From Promethearchaeota archaeon (GTDB taxonomy: Archaea > Asgardarchaeota > Lokiarchaeia > Sigyniarchaeales > SOKP01): a stretch of DNA of 62,924 bases. The position numbers and the translations under genes were made by a program. Under the pieces are notes generated by a model. The model was not told the DNA's origin and did no database searches. It was given only the letters and a program-made list of their open reading frames with translations. Of the stretch, positions 11,425-22,357 are shown one piece after another. The stretch's first letter is position 1. The number at the start of each line of letters is the position of its first letter. The DNA lies in NCBI GenBank assembly GCA_030603385.1, contig JAUVXW010000026.1, forward strand, positions 1-62,924. Reading direction: 5' to 3'.

Positions 11425-14400
11425 ATGGCAAAAAAATCATGTGAAAAACACGATAAATTTAATTATTATTGTGAAGATTGCCAAGAAGCAAATAGAATAA
11501 ATGAAATACAGCAGAAAGTTAAACTACTAGAACGAGGAGAGCTTGATACAACTGAAGGGCCTAGGAAATCCCCTGGTAGGAGGTATCTAAATTTTAAAGG
11601 GTTTAAAAAAAAATTTCGAGTGAAAAAATACCTTAAAATCATTATTCCCGTTGTTGTGATTACCCTAGTCCTTTTATCGATCTTCTGGTTTTGGCCTGCA
11701 TGGTTTGGTCCAATCCACTTAAATGCTCAACTCTACGAGAATAAAGCGGGGGGGTTAAATTATTATGATTTTTACTTTCTGAAATTTTGGTCAATTAATT
11801 TCTTCTTCAATAAAACCGCATTAACTGGTGCTTTTATAGGTTGTATAATAATGAGCTTACCTCCCAATCAAAACTTATTGACAATGATAGGGACTCTCTT
11901 AAAATTTGGAAAACCATCTAGGATAAAGGCATTGATTTTTTGGTGGACTGCAGGTTTCATCTTGTTCTACTTATTTGGGATGGCTATGGATGCGGGTGGT
12001 CAGTTTTCTTGGGTTTTATATCTATATGAAAAGGGGGAAATCACATTGTCACCATTTACCGTTCTTATCGATGCTTTTAATGTATTATTAAATCCAAATA
12101 ACATGAATATAGAATTCATTTTCGTCTACTCAAGGTTATATTTACCTTTAATCTATTTCATATTTGGGGTTTTTATTTTTCGGGGGATACTAAACGTTGT
12201 AAGTAATTATTACTTAAAAAGGAACGATTATAATATAATATCAAATGTATCAATAATAATTGGTCTTGTCTTTGGAATGATCTTTCTTACTTTACCTACG
12301 TTGGCTTTAAATGGAATAGAACTATTACAAATGTGGTCTTTAGTATTAGCATTTGTTATACTAATAGGATTAGGCATTTCGACATATATTTTTGGTCGTT
12401 ATAAATTAGCTAAAGATCCAAGAAATAACATGGTGATAAAACCTAAAAAAGTTAAAATAGGAATATTGGCTGGTGCATTAATTTTTCTCATAACATTACC
12501 ATCAATGTTCAGTATAGGTCCTATGATAACTCTGAGCAATACATCTGTTTACTTAGAAAACGAATGGACGAAAAAGATCCATCGAGAAATAACATGGTCA
12601 CGAGCATGTGCGGGATTAGATATGTTTGAGGAACGTCCAATTGAAAATTTTACATTATCATCCAGTCCCGAGAATGATACTCAAATGATTTTTAGTATAA
12701 GACAATTTGATCAAGATTTTGCTGTTCAAAGTTTAGCTGCTAAAATAGGTACAACCTTTGAAGGATTAGCTGATTCCGATATTGTTTATATAGATGGAAC
12801 AGAATATTGGGTTGCTCCCAAAACAGTCAGAATATCTCAATTTTCGGGAGATCCTGTAAAAACAAATACAGAATTATACGATCATATCGAAGGCTTCTTA
12901 GCATTAGATACATTTACAGGAGAATTAGTAAATATTAGTTTCACTTTTAATGTTTCTGAAGATTATCCAATATTTTTTGGTGAATCTGAAAGTAAAAAGT
13001 TTCTTGAACAACACGGAGCAAGCGAAGGATTAGGAGCTTATGATAAAACCATATTACTCGACACAGGATGGAGAGGCGGAATTCCGAACAATAATTATGT
13101 TTATGAAGGGGAACCTGATGGTGTACTCAAAGGATTAGAAGCATTCTGGTATACTGCAAGTTTAGATCTGTGGGGCTACGCATTCGAAGGAGGAGACCAT
13201 AAATATTTAATAAATAGAAACGTGAAAAAACGTGTAAGCAATATACTTTTACCTCAACTAAAGATAGATAACGATCCCTATTTAGTTTTTGACGGTAATA
13301 ATAATAAGATGTACTATGCGGTTTCAATTTACACTTCAATAGATATAGGGACGTATTCACAATCCCCAATTTTAAGATTCTTAGGTATTTGCTTGGTTGA
13401 CGTAAAAGATGGTGAATTGGTGTTTTTTAAAAATCCTGCTTTAATCGAATCAACTTTGGATCCATTATATCCTATGTGGAAGTACTACATGGACTTTTAT
13501 AATTGGCAAGCAATTCCCGCATGGTTAAATGACCAATTAAGATACCCTGAAGATTTATTTGAATTACAATTAGAAGCCAATTATAAATATCACGTACAAG
13601 ATCTAAAAACATGGAAGAGAGGAGATGATTTTCATGAAAGACCAGAATTTGGAGATCTTTTCTACATCGAAACAAACCTCGGAGATGGAATAGAATATGT
13701 AGGTTTAGATTTAGTGGAATATAAAGGTGCAGAAGCTAGAACCTTAGCAGGAATGTATGTAATAAGACATGGTAATAATTTTGGAGAAGCAATCTTTTAC
13801 CACACTAGAAATTCAACTGAAAATTTAATCGGTCCCAAAACTGCAAGAGATACATATGAGACTGAAGCCACACAACAAATATCCTTGATCTCTGGTGCTA
13901 GAAATGGAAATACTCTTTTATATCCTCTTGGAGGTTCAGTCTATTATTATATCCCTACTTATAGTACAGTTGGAGGATTACAACAATTAAAATTAGCTGG
14001 ATTTGTAGAAGCCTTTACAAGAAAAGTAGGGTATGGTTCAGAAGCCTTTGATGCTTACAATAGTTTAGAAAATTTTGATCCAGGTAGTTTCACATTAACA
14101 ACTGATGCCGATAATCCAGATATAGATGGATCTTTTATACTTAATTGGACGGAATCTCAATTTACAGATAGTTATTCAATCTATAGGAACGATAGTCTTT
14201 TGATTGAGGATCTACCCAATTCACAAACGCAATACTCAATTTCGGAAATGGATTCTGGAACCTATGAATTCTACATAAAAGCCTTAAACGAATTTGGGAA
14301 TACGACATCTAATATTATTACAGTGAACATTAAAATCTTTGCAATCTCTTACACGTTTGACATGGAAAACTCAATAATTTTACCTGACGATCTTGCACGT

Positions 14401-14736
14401 TTTAGAATTGAATTAGAAAATTTCAATGAAAGTATTTCATCTCCGGGATATAATGTAAGGGTGAACTTATCACTATATCGTGAAGACGGGGGTGTCTTTT
14501 CTATTGTAGTTCCACCTACTTATTATCCTCTAGAAAATGCTACATTCAACTATGGTATTTACACAGGGATTAATTTTACGTTAATTAACACTACTTTATA
14601 TTCTGGTGAAGGAATAATCTTAAACGGGTTTGTTAATAGTACCACAAGTGATATTTTAATAAGATTTAGATGGACTTTGATCGTTGACGATGTAGTTATC
14701 TATTCCTCTGAAGAAAATTTTATAGCAGTAATGTAA
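11425..14736 (+). CDS. UPF0182-family membrane protein with C-terminal FN3-like extension
   Basis: About 9 TM helices, YPIFFGE, DPYLV and LRYPEDLF (UPF0182). LNWTES..YSIYRN..GTYEFYIKALNEFG is FN3-like. Confidence 0.8.
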   Translation: MAKKSCEKHDKFNYYCEDCQEANRINEIQQKVKLLERGELDTTEGPRKSPGRRYLNFKGFKKKFRVKKYLKIIIPVVVITLVLLSIFWFWPAWFGPIHLNAQLYENKAGGLNYYDFYFLKFWSINFFFNKTALTGAFIGCIIMSLPPNQNLLTMIGTLLKFGKPSRIKALIFWWTAGFILFYLFGMAMDAGGQFSWVLYLYEKGEITLSPFTVLIDAFNVLLNPNNMNIEFIFVYSRLYLPLIYFIFGVFIFRGILNVVSNYYLKRNDYNIISNVSIIIGLVFGMIFLTLPTLALNGIELLQMWSLVLAFVILIGLGISTYIFGRYKLAKDPRNNMVIKPKKVKIGILAGALIFLITLPSMFSIGPMITLSNTSVYLENEWTKKIHREITWSRACAGLDMFEERPIENFTLSSSPENDTQMIFSIRQFDQDFAVQSLAAKIGTTFEGLADSDIVYIDGTEYWVAPKTVRISQFSGDPVKTNTELYDHIEGFLALDTFTGELVNISFTFNVSEDYPIFFGESESKKFLEQHGASEGLGAYDKTILLDTGWRGGIPNNNYVYEGEPDGVLKGLEAFWYTASLDLWGYAFEGGDHKYLINRNVKKRVSNILLPQLKIDNDPYLVFDGNNNKMYYAVSIYTSIDIGTYSQSPILRFLGICLVDVKDGELVFFKNPALIESTLDPLYPMWKYYMDFYNWQAIPAWLNDQLRYPEDLFELQLEANYKYHVQDLKTWKRGDDFHERPEFGDLFYIETNLGDGIEYVGLDLVEYKGAEARTLAGMYVIRHGNNFGEAIFYHTRNSTENLIGPKTARDTYETEATQQISLISGARNGNTLLYPLGGSVYYYIPTYSTVGGLQQLKLAGFVEAFTRKVGYGSEAFDAYNSLENFDPGSFTLTTDADNPDIDGSFILNWTESQFTDSYSIYRNDSLLIEDLPNSQTQYSISEMDSGTYEFYIKALNEFGNTTSNIITVNIKIFAISYTFDMENSIILPDDLARFRIELENFNESISSPGYNVRVNLSLYREDGGVFSIVVPPTYYPLENATFNYGIYTGINFTLINTTLYSGEGIILNGFVNSTTSDILIRFRWTLIVDDVVIYSSEENFIAVM

Positions 14737-15312
14737 GGTTTACTTTACTACTTTTTTTTTATTTTTAGAATTAGAATTATAAAATGGTATAGAATATGCG
14801 AATGAATACCCGAAGGTGTCTATTGCATTGGTATTCTAATTCCTTACTTGTTGAGTGGAATGTTCCAATAAACAAATTCAAGCACCATAGTGAAAAGACT
14901 AATTATTTTTAAATAAGTTTTTATCCAATGAATAATATTATCGTTCGGTAACCGCACCAATCCTTTCAAATTGGTCGGATTGAACACCGTTTAAAACCTA
15001 ATGGTTCATATTTTAGTTCAAATTACTCTATTTCACACAATTTTCTTTCTTATCGCAGCTGATTAACATATGGCTACTATTCATTGAGGTAGCAATACAA
15101 CTTCTCGACATTCACACAGTTAAGTATTAAGAATATTTAATAGTTAAATTGTTATTAACAATTGCTAACGCTTAAAAAAGTCAAAAATCTTTTAGTAAGT
15201 CCTGAATTAAGCATTTTATACATTTGACACACGTTTTAATTAATCATATATAATCCAAATATTTTTAAATTAGAGTATAACTATTTCAATTAGAACCCAA
15301 TAAAAAATTAGC

Positions 15313-17589
15313 ATGAATCCAGTTATTAATTCGAGAAGATTATTGTTTATATTCCTTTTTTCAATTTCATTCCTATTTTTAGCTCAAAATATTCAGAGTG
15401 TGTCATCATCAAATAGTGAAATTTCATTAAACATTGATACTGAATTTGAAATGATTGAATATTCAACAGCACAGGGCATCTATTCCAATACCAATACTAT
15501 AGATCTTGAATTACCTTCACCTACATGGGAAATTGATGATATAGAGTTAAATTTTACAAATGTAGAATTTGGAATTGAAGTGAAAACAATTGAAGATAAT
15601 CCAACTGATAATTTTATTATGGACAAATTTCATGATGGTTATGGTGTTCAAATAGTTATTGATGAACCTACTATTATTTATGGCGTGTTAATATATGGAA
15701 ATAATGAATCAAGTGAAAATATGGCCCTTTATGTTCAAATAAATGGATATAATAATATTACTAACTCTCCAAATAATATAGTTTATGGAACACCCAATTT
15801 ATTAAACATGTCTTATTCTTTAACACCATCGTGGCATACACAGACTTTTGTTGAACCAATTTTTCTTGCTAAAGGAAATTATTATCTCTTAATAGATGGT
15901 TCTGCTATAGGAACTAGCCCTAAATCGATCTATTATTGGTATTTTAATAATACTGAACCCAATTACCCTGAATTAAATATCTCCGAATTTGATGGAGGAT
16001 CATGGACAGGAGGAGTACAGGGAACTCCGTTTCTTCATAAATTTATTCAAAAAATGAATTATTCTTTTTTTCCCGAGGAAATCAACATGACCGCTGAACT
16101 TGATGGAAATTCATTTGAAATATCAAATGGGGATCATCCAGGAAAAGGGTATCTAAAGAAATCAAATATTAATTATCATCCAAATAAAAAAGATGTTGAG
16201 ATTAAAATAAAAAATAATAAGACAGAAAGTTTAGATTTCAATCTGAACTATAGCCTTAATATTAATAATGAATTTTTAGCATCTAGCCTTTTAGAAATTG
16301 GATATAATTCGAGCAATAAATGGTTAGTTTTTCCTACTATAGAAAGATTTTCAGATAACCATTTTGTTAGATTCGATTATCCGCATAATTGGTATGGTAT
16401 ATCAATATTAAAAAATCAACAAGATGTTACTGCAGATGTTGTTATTGATTCGCTAAATAACGTGATTTTCATACCAAATGATACCATTGAAAATGGTGCA
16501 GAATGGGAAATACAAGCTTATTCTCCAAGTGTTGATTTTAAACTTAATATAATCAAAACAGATTTCACAGGAGGACAAATATTACAGTTTTCAATAGCTA
16601 ACCCAATTCTCAATGGGCTTTATAAATTCATTTTAATTGATCCGTTAGGAAATGAGAAATATCAAGAGGTAGTAATTCTTCCTACGGAAAGTAATATATT
16701 TTCATATGAAATCCCCTCTAATATCCTTGAAGGAGATTATATAGCATATATTTACTGGTATAATCAGACCGATGCCGGAGTTCAATCACAGGTTTTTTCT
16801 CTATCCCCTTCATTGACTTCTAGTACATCTCAAGATTTTCCAATTCTCTTTGTATTAGGTATAGTATTAATTGGAGGATCCGTAATAGGAGGTTCTAGCT
16901 ATGTTACAATTAAAAAAATTCAAACTAACCGTAATGATAAATTAAGGCTTATTTTAGAAAGATGTAGTGATATAATGAATTTAGAATATATTATTGTTTT
17001 AGATAAGAAATCTGGAATTGATGTGTATTCTGAAGCGTTTGGAGAAAAAAAAATAGATCCTACATTAATCTCAGGCTTTCTTCAGGCAATACAAAATTTT
17101 GGCAGTGAAGTCCTTGGTAGAGCTAAAGATTCTCGCACTTTTAAGATTGAATACCGTAAATCAATTGTTTTAATGGCCGAATTTGTTAACTTAAGATTGA
17201 TTGTTATAATGAAAGAAAGTCCATCTAAAAACTTCTTATATACTATTGAATCATTAGCCTATGATATTTATAAAGATTATGGGAAATTGTTTGAGAAATT
17301 CAATGGAATCCTCGGAGAATTTCAAGGAATAAAAAACTTACTTGAACAACATTTAAACATTTCATTTCTTTATCCTTTATCGGTTAATTATTCAATAAAA
17401 ATGAAATTGGATCAAGCAGAAAGAGAAATGGTTCAGAAAGCTTTAAAGTTTATGCAAGAGAATAATTTTAATTACTTTCATGCACTTTATCTTCTTCCTG
17501 AAGATGCTTGTTCACCAAAAGATTATGAGACTATCCTTCGATTAATTCAAAAGCGAATTTTCCGCCCAATTGATAACTCATCAAATTAA
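15313..17589 (+). CDS. Single-pass membrane protein: signal peptide, beta-rich ectodomain, TM, cytoplasmic longin-like domain
   Basis: Hydrophobic N-terminus; TM near aa 510-532; C-terminal IIVLDKKSGIDVY...DPTLISGFLQAIQNFG is longin-like. Confidence 0.7.
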   Translation: MNPVINSRRLLFIFLFSISFLFLAQNIQSVSSSNSEISLNIDTEFEMIEYSTAQGIYSNTNTIDLELPSPTWEIDDIELNFTNVEFGIEVKTIEDNPTDNFIMDKFHDGYGVQIVIDEPTIIYGVLIYGNNESSENMALYVQINGYNNITNSPNNIVYGTPNLLNMSYSLTPSWHTQTFVEPIFLAKGNYYLLIDGSAIGTSPKSIYYWYFNNTEPNYPELNISEFDGGSWTGGVQGTPFLHKFIQKMNYSFFPEEINMTAELDGNSFEISNGDHPGKGYLKKSNINYHPNKKDVEIKIKNNKTESLDFNLNYSLNINNEFLASSLLEIGYNSSNKWLVFPTIERFSDNHFVRFDYPHNWYGISILKNQQDVTADVVIDSLNNVIFIPNDTIENGAEWEIQAYSPSVDFKLNIIKTDFTGGQILQFSIANPILNGLYKFILIDPLGNEKYQEVVILPTESNIFSYEIPSNILEGDYIAYIYWYNQTDAGVQSQVFSLSPSLTSSTSQDFPILFVLGIVLIGGSVIGGSSYVTIKKIQTNRNDKLRLILERCSDIMNLEYIIVLDKKSGIDVYSEAFGEKKIDPTLISGFLQAIQNFGSEVLGRAKDSRTFKIEYRKSIVLMAEFVNLRLIVIMKESPSKNFLYTIESLAYDIYKDYGKLFEKFNGILGEFQGIKNLLEQHLNISFLYPLSVNYSIKMKLDQAEREMVQKALKFMQENNFNYFHALYLLPEDACSPKDYETILRLIQKRIFRPIDNSSN

Positions 17590-17688
17590 ATTATTAGTCA
17601 TGTTTTTCTTGATTTCAGCTTAATTTCGTAATTAAATAATTTAGTAGATTATGAAAATTTATTTTTTAATAAACCATTTAAATTAAGT

Positions 17689-18534
17689 ATGAAAGCACAA
17701 GATATTCTAAATCATTTTAAAAGCAATGGATCATGGGTTAATTGGGAAAAAACAGTAGATCAAATTCTATTTGGAGACCCAAAAGTGGAAGTTAACGGAA
17801 TTGCAGTTTCGTGGATGCCTACTTTTTCTAACCTTAGCAAAGCAGTAGATGAAGGATGTAATATTTTCATTACACATGAGGCTTTATTTGCAGCAAAAAT
17901 AGATGATACAGGAAATATCATTGATTGTCCTATTGTTAAAGATCTTCACGCAAGGTGGATTGCCGGTAAAAGAAAATTAGAAAAAGATGATATTTGGATA
18001 AAAAAGATGGAATGGTTAGAAGAAAAGAACTTAACGGTTATAAGATGTCATGATTTTTGGGATAGCTACCCTGATATTGGGGTACACGGAGCTTGGGCAA
18101 AATGGTTAGGATATACGAAACCACCTATTAAGGTTGATAATTATTATGAACTTCATGAAATACAAGAAACAACTCTTGAAGAACTATGTAAGGAAATTTT
18201 AGAAAAAATAAGACCCCTTGGACAAGATTCAATTCAAGTTATTGGAGATTTAGATAAAAAAATTTCAAGAATCACATTAGGAACTGGAGCTGCTTCAAAT
18301 TATAGAGATATGCATGCTTTTGGAGGAGAAGCCATTATTTTAACTGACGATGGAACTTTGTTATGGGAATCGGGTCAATGGGCTAAAGATACAGGAATTC
18401 CATTAATAATCGTAAACCACTCACTTTCCGAAGAACCAGGGATGCGTTCATTAGCGAAATATCTAAAAAAGATTTTTCCTGATATTCCTGTTTTGCAGAT
18501 TCCCGTGGGCTGTATCTTCAAATGTATTTATTAA
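17689..18534 (+). CDS. NIF3/YbgI-family protein
   Basis: FITHE, RCHD and NHSLSEEPGM motifs. Confidence 0.85.
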   Translation: MKAQDILNHFKSNGSWVNWEKTVDQILFGDPKVEVNGIAVSWMPTFSNLSKAVDEGCNIFITHEALFAAKIDDTGNIIDCPIVKDLHARWIAGKRKLEKDDIWIKKMEWLEEKNLTVIRCHDFWDSYPDIGVHGAWAKWLGYTKPPIKVDNYYELHEIQETTLEELCKEILEKIRPLGQDSIQVIGDLDKKISRITLGTGAASNYRDMHAFGGEAIILTDDGTLLWESGQWAKDTGIPLIIVNHSLSEEPGMRSLAKYLKKIFPDIPVLQIPVGCIFKCIY

Positions 18535-18552
18535 TCCAATATATATATTCTT

Positions 18553-19386
18553 TCACTCTAAAGGAAAAAACTTGGGTAAGTCTCCCGGTACTTTTAATTT
18601 CCATTTAGGTCTTCTTTTTTGAAGGAACGATATAACTCCTTCTTTTGCATCAGGTTGCAACCCAGTCCATCCAAAATATCGATGGTTAATCATTTCTGCC
18701 TTATCAATATCCGTTTCAGTCAGGAACTGATAAACCATTCTTTTTGTTAGGGTTACACTCACAGGCGCACATAATAGTATTTCATCAGCTATTTCTCGTG
18801 CTGTATCCATTAATTTTTCATCTGGTACGACTCGACTAACAAGGCCATATTCTAAGGCTTCTTTAGCATTAATAATTCTGCCTGTATACATCAATTCTGC
18901 CGCTCTACTGAGTCCTATGATACGGGGTAAAATCCACGGACAAGAAATTTCAGGTATGACACCACGTCGATTGAAAACGATTCCAATACGTGCACTTTCA
19001 GATGCAATTCTTATATCAAATGGTAAGATAAATGTGATTCCAACTCCCACTACAGGTCCGTTTATTGCAACAATAACAGGTTTTTTCAGTAAAAAGTATC
19101 TTTTAATTAAGCTACCCTCGCGTCTGGTTCTTTCATCAGTCTCACGAGGTCGGTTTGAACCATCAAAAGTACTACCACCTCTCGATAAGTCGGCACCCGC
19201 ACAAAATCCTCTTCCTGCACCAGTGATTATTGTAACTCGTAGGTTAGGATCATTTTCTACCTTATCAATTGCATCCCATATTTCTAACCCCATTTCGTAT
19301 GTCCAAGCATTAAGCCGTTCCGGTCTGTTTAAAGTGATTGTTGCGATCTCATCTGAGGTTTCAAAAATAATATATTCATAATCCAT
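18553..19386 (-). CDS. Enoyl-CoA hydratase/isomerase
   Basis: LNRPERLNA, GFCAGADL and AINGPVVGVG motifs. Confidence 0.92.
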   Translation of the reverse strand: MDYEYIIFETSDEIATITLNRPERLNAWTYEMGLEIWDAIDKVENDPNLRVTIITGAGRGFCAGADLSRGGSTFDGSNRPRETDERTRREGSLIKRYFLLKKPVIVAINGPVVGVGITFILPFDIRIASESARIGIVFNRRGVIPEISCPWILPRIIGLSRAAELMYTGRIINAKEALEYGLVSRVVPDEKLMDTAREIADEILLCAPVSVTLTKRMVYQFLTETDIDKAEMINHRYFGWTGLQPDAKEGVISFLQKRRPKWKLKVPGDLPKFFPLE

Positions 19387-19516
19387 TCTATACTTAACCT
19401 CCTTTTATAAAGATTTGAAATTTAAAATTATTTTAATGAAGATATATTTTTATAATGCATTATAAATCGAATGGAAATATATAAGTTAATAATTGACTTC
19501 TATAAAGTGAAAAATT

Positions 19517-20488
19517 ATGATAAAGACGAAAGTAACTGAAATGTTAGGATGTAAATATCCTATAATTGCAGGGACAATGGCAAATATCTCCAATCCTGAA
19601 TTTGTTGCTTCGGTAAGCAATGCAGGTGCTTGTGCTGTATTAGCAAGTGCAAATTATCAAACCCCTGAAGAGTTACGTGAGGCAATTAGAAAAACACAAT
19701 CTTTAACTGATCAACCATTTGCTGTAAATATAAATCTATTTCCCGCTATGATGCCACAAGAAAAATTGGTAAAATATGTTGAGGCAACGTTAGATGAGGG
19801 TGCGAAAATAATTGAAACAAGCGGTCATAAGGCTCCAGCAGATCTGGTTCCAAAATTCAAAGAAGGGGGTGCTATATGGATACATAAGTGTGCGGGTGTC
19901 AGATATGCTATAACAGGTGCATCTTTAGGTGCTGATATGATTACAGTTGTGGGTTATGAAAACGGTGGTGCAACTGGAACTTTAGATATTGGTACTCTTG
20001 TAATGACACCATCGGTTGTGGATGCTATAGATGTTCCTGTAATAGCAGGAGGAGGAATTACAGATGGAAGAGGAATTGCTGCGGTTCTTGCACTTGGCGC
20101 TGAAGGAGTAATTATGGGGACGAGAATGATGGCCACTAAAGAATGTCCAATCCATGATAATCTAAAACAAGCTTTTGTTCAGGCAAAGGAAACTGATACT
20201 CATTTAGTAATGCGCTCAATTCGTAATACTCATAGGGTATGGAGGAATAAAGCAGCAGAAAAAATAATTGAATTGGAATCTCAAAAGGCATCCCTACAAG
20301 AAATTATTCAAGTAGCCTCTGGTCAAAATGCTTTAAAAATGTATAAAGAAGGGGATATAGATGCAGGAATGGTAAGTTGTGGCCAAGGTGTAGGACTAGT
20401 TAAAGACATTCCAACTGTAAAAGAATTACTTGACAGGATAATGAAAGAAGCAGAAGAAGTTATCCAAAGGCTAAAAAAGATTTCCTAA
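19517..20488 (+). CDS. Nitronate monooxygenase/FabK-like flavoprotein
   Basis: VSNAGA, PVIAGGGITDGRG and MGTR motifs. Confidence 0.88.
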   Translation: MIKTKVTEMLGCKYPIIAGTMANISNPEFVASVSNAGACAVLASANYQTPEELREAIRKTQSLTDQPFAVNINLFPAMMPQEKLVKYVEATLDEGAKIIETSGHKAPADLVPKFKEGGAIWIHKCAGVRYAITGASLGADMITVVGYENGGATGTLDIGTLVMTPSVVDAIDVPVIAGGGITDGRGIAAVLALGAEGVIMGTRMMATKECPIHDNLKQAFVQAKETDTHLVMRSIRNTHRVWRNKAAEKIIELESQKASLQEIIQVASGQNALKMYKEGDIDAGMVSCGQGVGLVKDIPTVKELLDRIMKEAEEVIQRLKKIS

Positions 20489-20571
20489 TACATCCTTTTT
20501 TTATTTTTTTTAATTGTATATTTGAAAAACTCACATATTATTAAGAATAAATTTAAATTTGAGATGAAAAT

Positions 20572-20997
20572 ATGAGTGAGAAATTAAAGGATTTTCATGT
20601 GGTAGAGGAGATGCCTGTACGATGGGGCGATATGGATGCTAGGGGGCATGTAAATAACACAATATATTATCGCTATTTTGAAAGTTCAAGAATAGCTTTA
20701 TTTCGATTATTAAAGATTTATGAAGAGCCTACAACAGTACGTATAGGACCAATCTTATCTTTTCAAAGTTGTTATTATAAAGCTCCATTGACTTATCCAG
20801 ACACTATCTATATAGGAGCAAAAATCGTAAACATAGAAGAATCAAAAATAATAATAAAACATTCTATAATGAGCAAAAAATTAAATAGAAAAGCAGCTGA
20901 GGGTGAAGCTCATATGGTCTGGTATGATTATGAACACCAAAAAAAAGCGATCATTCCAGATGATTTGAAGCAAGAAATTTTAAAACTTATGTTTTGA
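20572..20997 (+). CDS. Acyl-CoA thioesterase (4HBT/YbgC hot-dog fold)
   Basis: VRWGDMDARGHVNNTIY motif. Confidence 0.9.
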   Translation: MSEKLKDFHVVEEMPVRWGDMDARGHVNNTIYYRYFESSRIALFRLLKIYEEPTTVRIGPILSFQSCYYKAPLTYPDTIYIGAKIVNIEESKIIIKHSIMSKKLNRKAAEGEAHMVWYDYEHQKKAIIPDDLKQEILKLMF

Positions 20998-21067
20998 TAA
21001 AAACTAAAAATAAGGTATAATATAGAAAAAAAAATTTTATAAAAAAGAATTGAATTTTTTAACTTCT

Positions 21068-22111
21068 CTATTTTATCATAGAATTGTTACTTTTTATAGC
21101 AGCTTCTGCATCCTTTATTACACTTTTAATAATGTCGTCGACGTCGTTAATACTATCAATAATACCTATTGATTGTCCAAGTAATACAGCTCCTTCTTCA
21201 GTATCTCCATTATAAACTCTATCATAAGCACCAGCGTCGCGTGTCGCCTGCTCAATCGTTATAGATTTTTCATACGCAATCATTTCCTCTTTTGATTGAG
21301 GTGCGGGATGTGCTAAGGCATATTTGTTTTTATATAAACGAATAGGACCAAATGATCCGGTGAATAGCCCTGTATCTTGGGGTTTACCAGGTGGAATTAA
21401 TGCTTTGTATTTTTCATGAAACTCTGATTGTTTAGAAGCAATAAATCGTGAACCCATAGCTATTGCTCCAGCACCGAGCGATAAAGCTGCAGCTAAACCT
21501 TCTCCTGTAGCAAAACCTCCACACGCAATCACGGGTAAATCAGGAAAAATTTTATTAATTTGTTGCAGTAGTACAAGGGTACTTACTCTCTCATATGATT
21601 GATGACCGCCTCCTTCACCACCAGTGGCTACTATTCCGTCTACATTAGCATCTACACATTTCTGTGCTAACCATACAGCTGGTGCTACATGAAAGTGTTT
21701 TACTTCCGATTTTTCCCGTAATTCTTGAAAATTCTTAGAAGCAGGTAAAAGCTTTGAAGAACCAGCAGAAGTTAACCAATAAACACACTGTTCTCTCATT
21801 TTAGGATTGTTCATAACGAGTTTAGGTACATCGGTGCACATTTCTTGAACGCCCTTATTATTCCGAGAGGTAAGAAAATTAAGGCCAAATGGCTTATCAG
21901 TGTGTTCAATCATATATTCTATGCTTTCTTTATGCTCCTTTACTGGATCTGTCCCGGTTATATTAACGTTCGACAAAACCCCCAAACCACCAGCCTCACA
22001 AACTGCCAAAGCTAAATCGCGGGTGTAGAAGGGTCCCATTGGAGCACTGAAAATTGGATGCTTTATTCCAAACATTTTTGTTATATTAGTTTCGATCATT
22101 TTAAAAATCAC
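21068..22111 (-). CDS. Nitronate monooxygenase/FabK-like flavoprotein
   Basis: APMG, AGGLG, EGGGH and PVIACGG motifs. Confidence 0.88.
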   Translation of the reverse strand: MIFKMIETNITKMFGIKHPIFSAPMGPFYTRDLALAVCEAGGLGVLSNVNITGTDPVKEHKESIEYMIEHTDKPFGLNFLTSRNNKGVQEMCTDVPKLVMNNPKMREQCVYWLTSAGSSKLLPASKNFQELREKSEVKHFHVAPAVWLAQKCVDANVDGIVATGGEGGGHQSYERVSTLVLLQQINKIFPDLPVIACGGFATGEGLAAALSLGAGAIAMGSRFIASKQSEFHEKYKALIPPGKPQDTGLFTGSFGPIRLYKNKYALAHPAPQSKEEMIAYEKSITIEQATRDAGAYDRVYNGDTEEGAVLLGQSIGIIDSINDVDDIIKSVIKDAEAAIKSNNSMIK

Positions 22112-22357
22112 TTTTAAATGGATAAATATTTAGAATTTTTAAAAGTTTATTGAGTGATAAAAAAAATAGATCCATTTCTTCATTTACTCTTCAGTAAATA
22201 TTTCAAGAGAACTTATTCAGAAGGGTGAAAACAAATTAAAAATTTATATTAAATAAATTGTTCAAAATTATAAAAAGAAATTTTACTTTTTTTTAATTAA
22301 GGGTATATGGAAATTTAGTGAGATTAATCAATATAGGGAAAATAGGGTTATAAAATT

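Noticed and set aside
14737-15312. 577-nt intergenic gap with short ORFs and weak hairpins
   Set aside because: No ORF of 60 aa or more, no recognisable product and no convincing structure; possibly a decayed gene.
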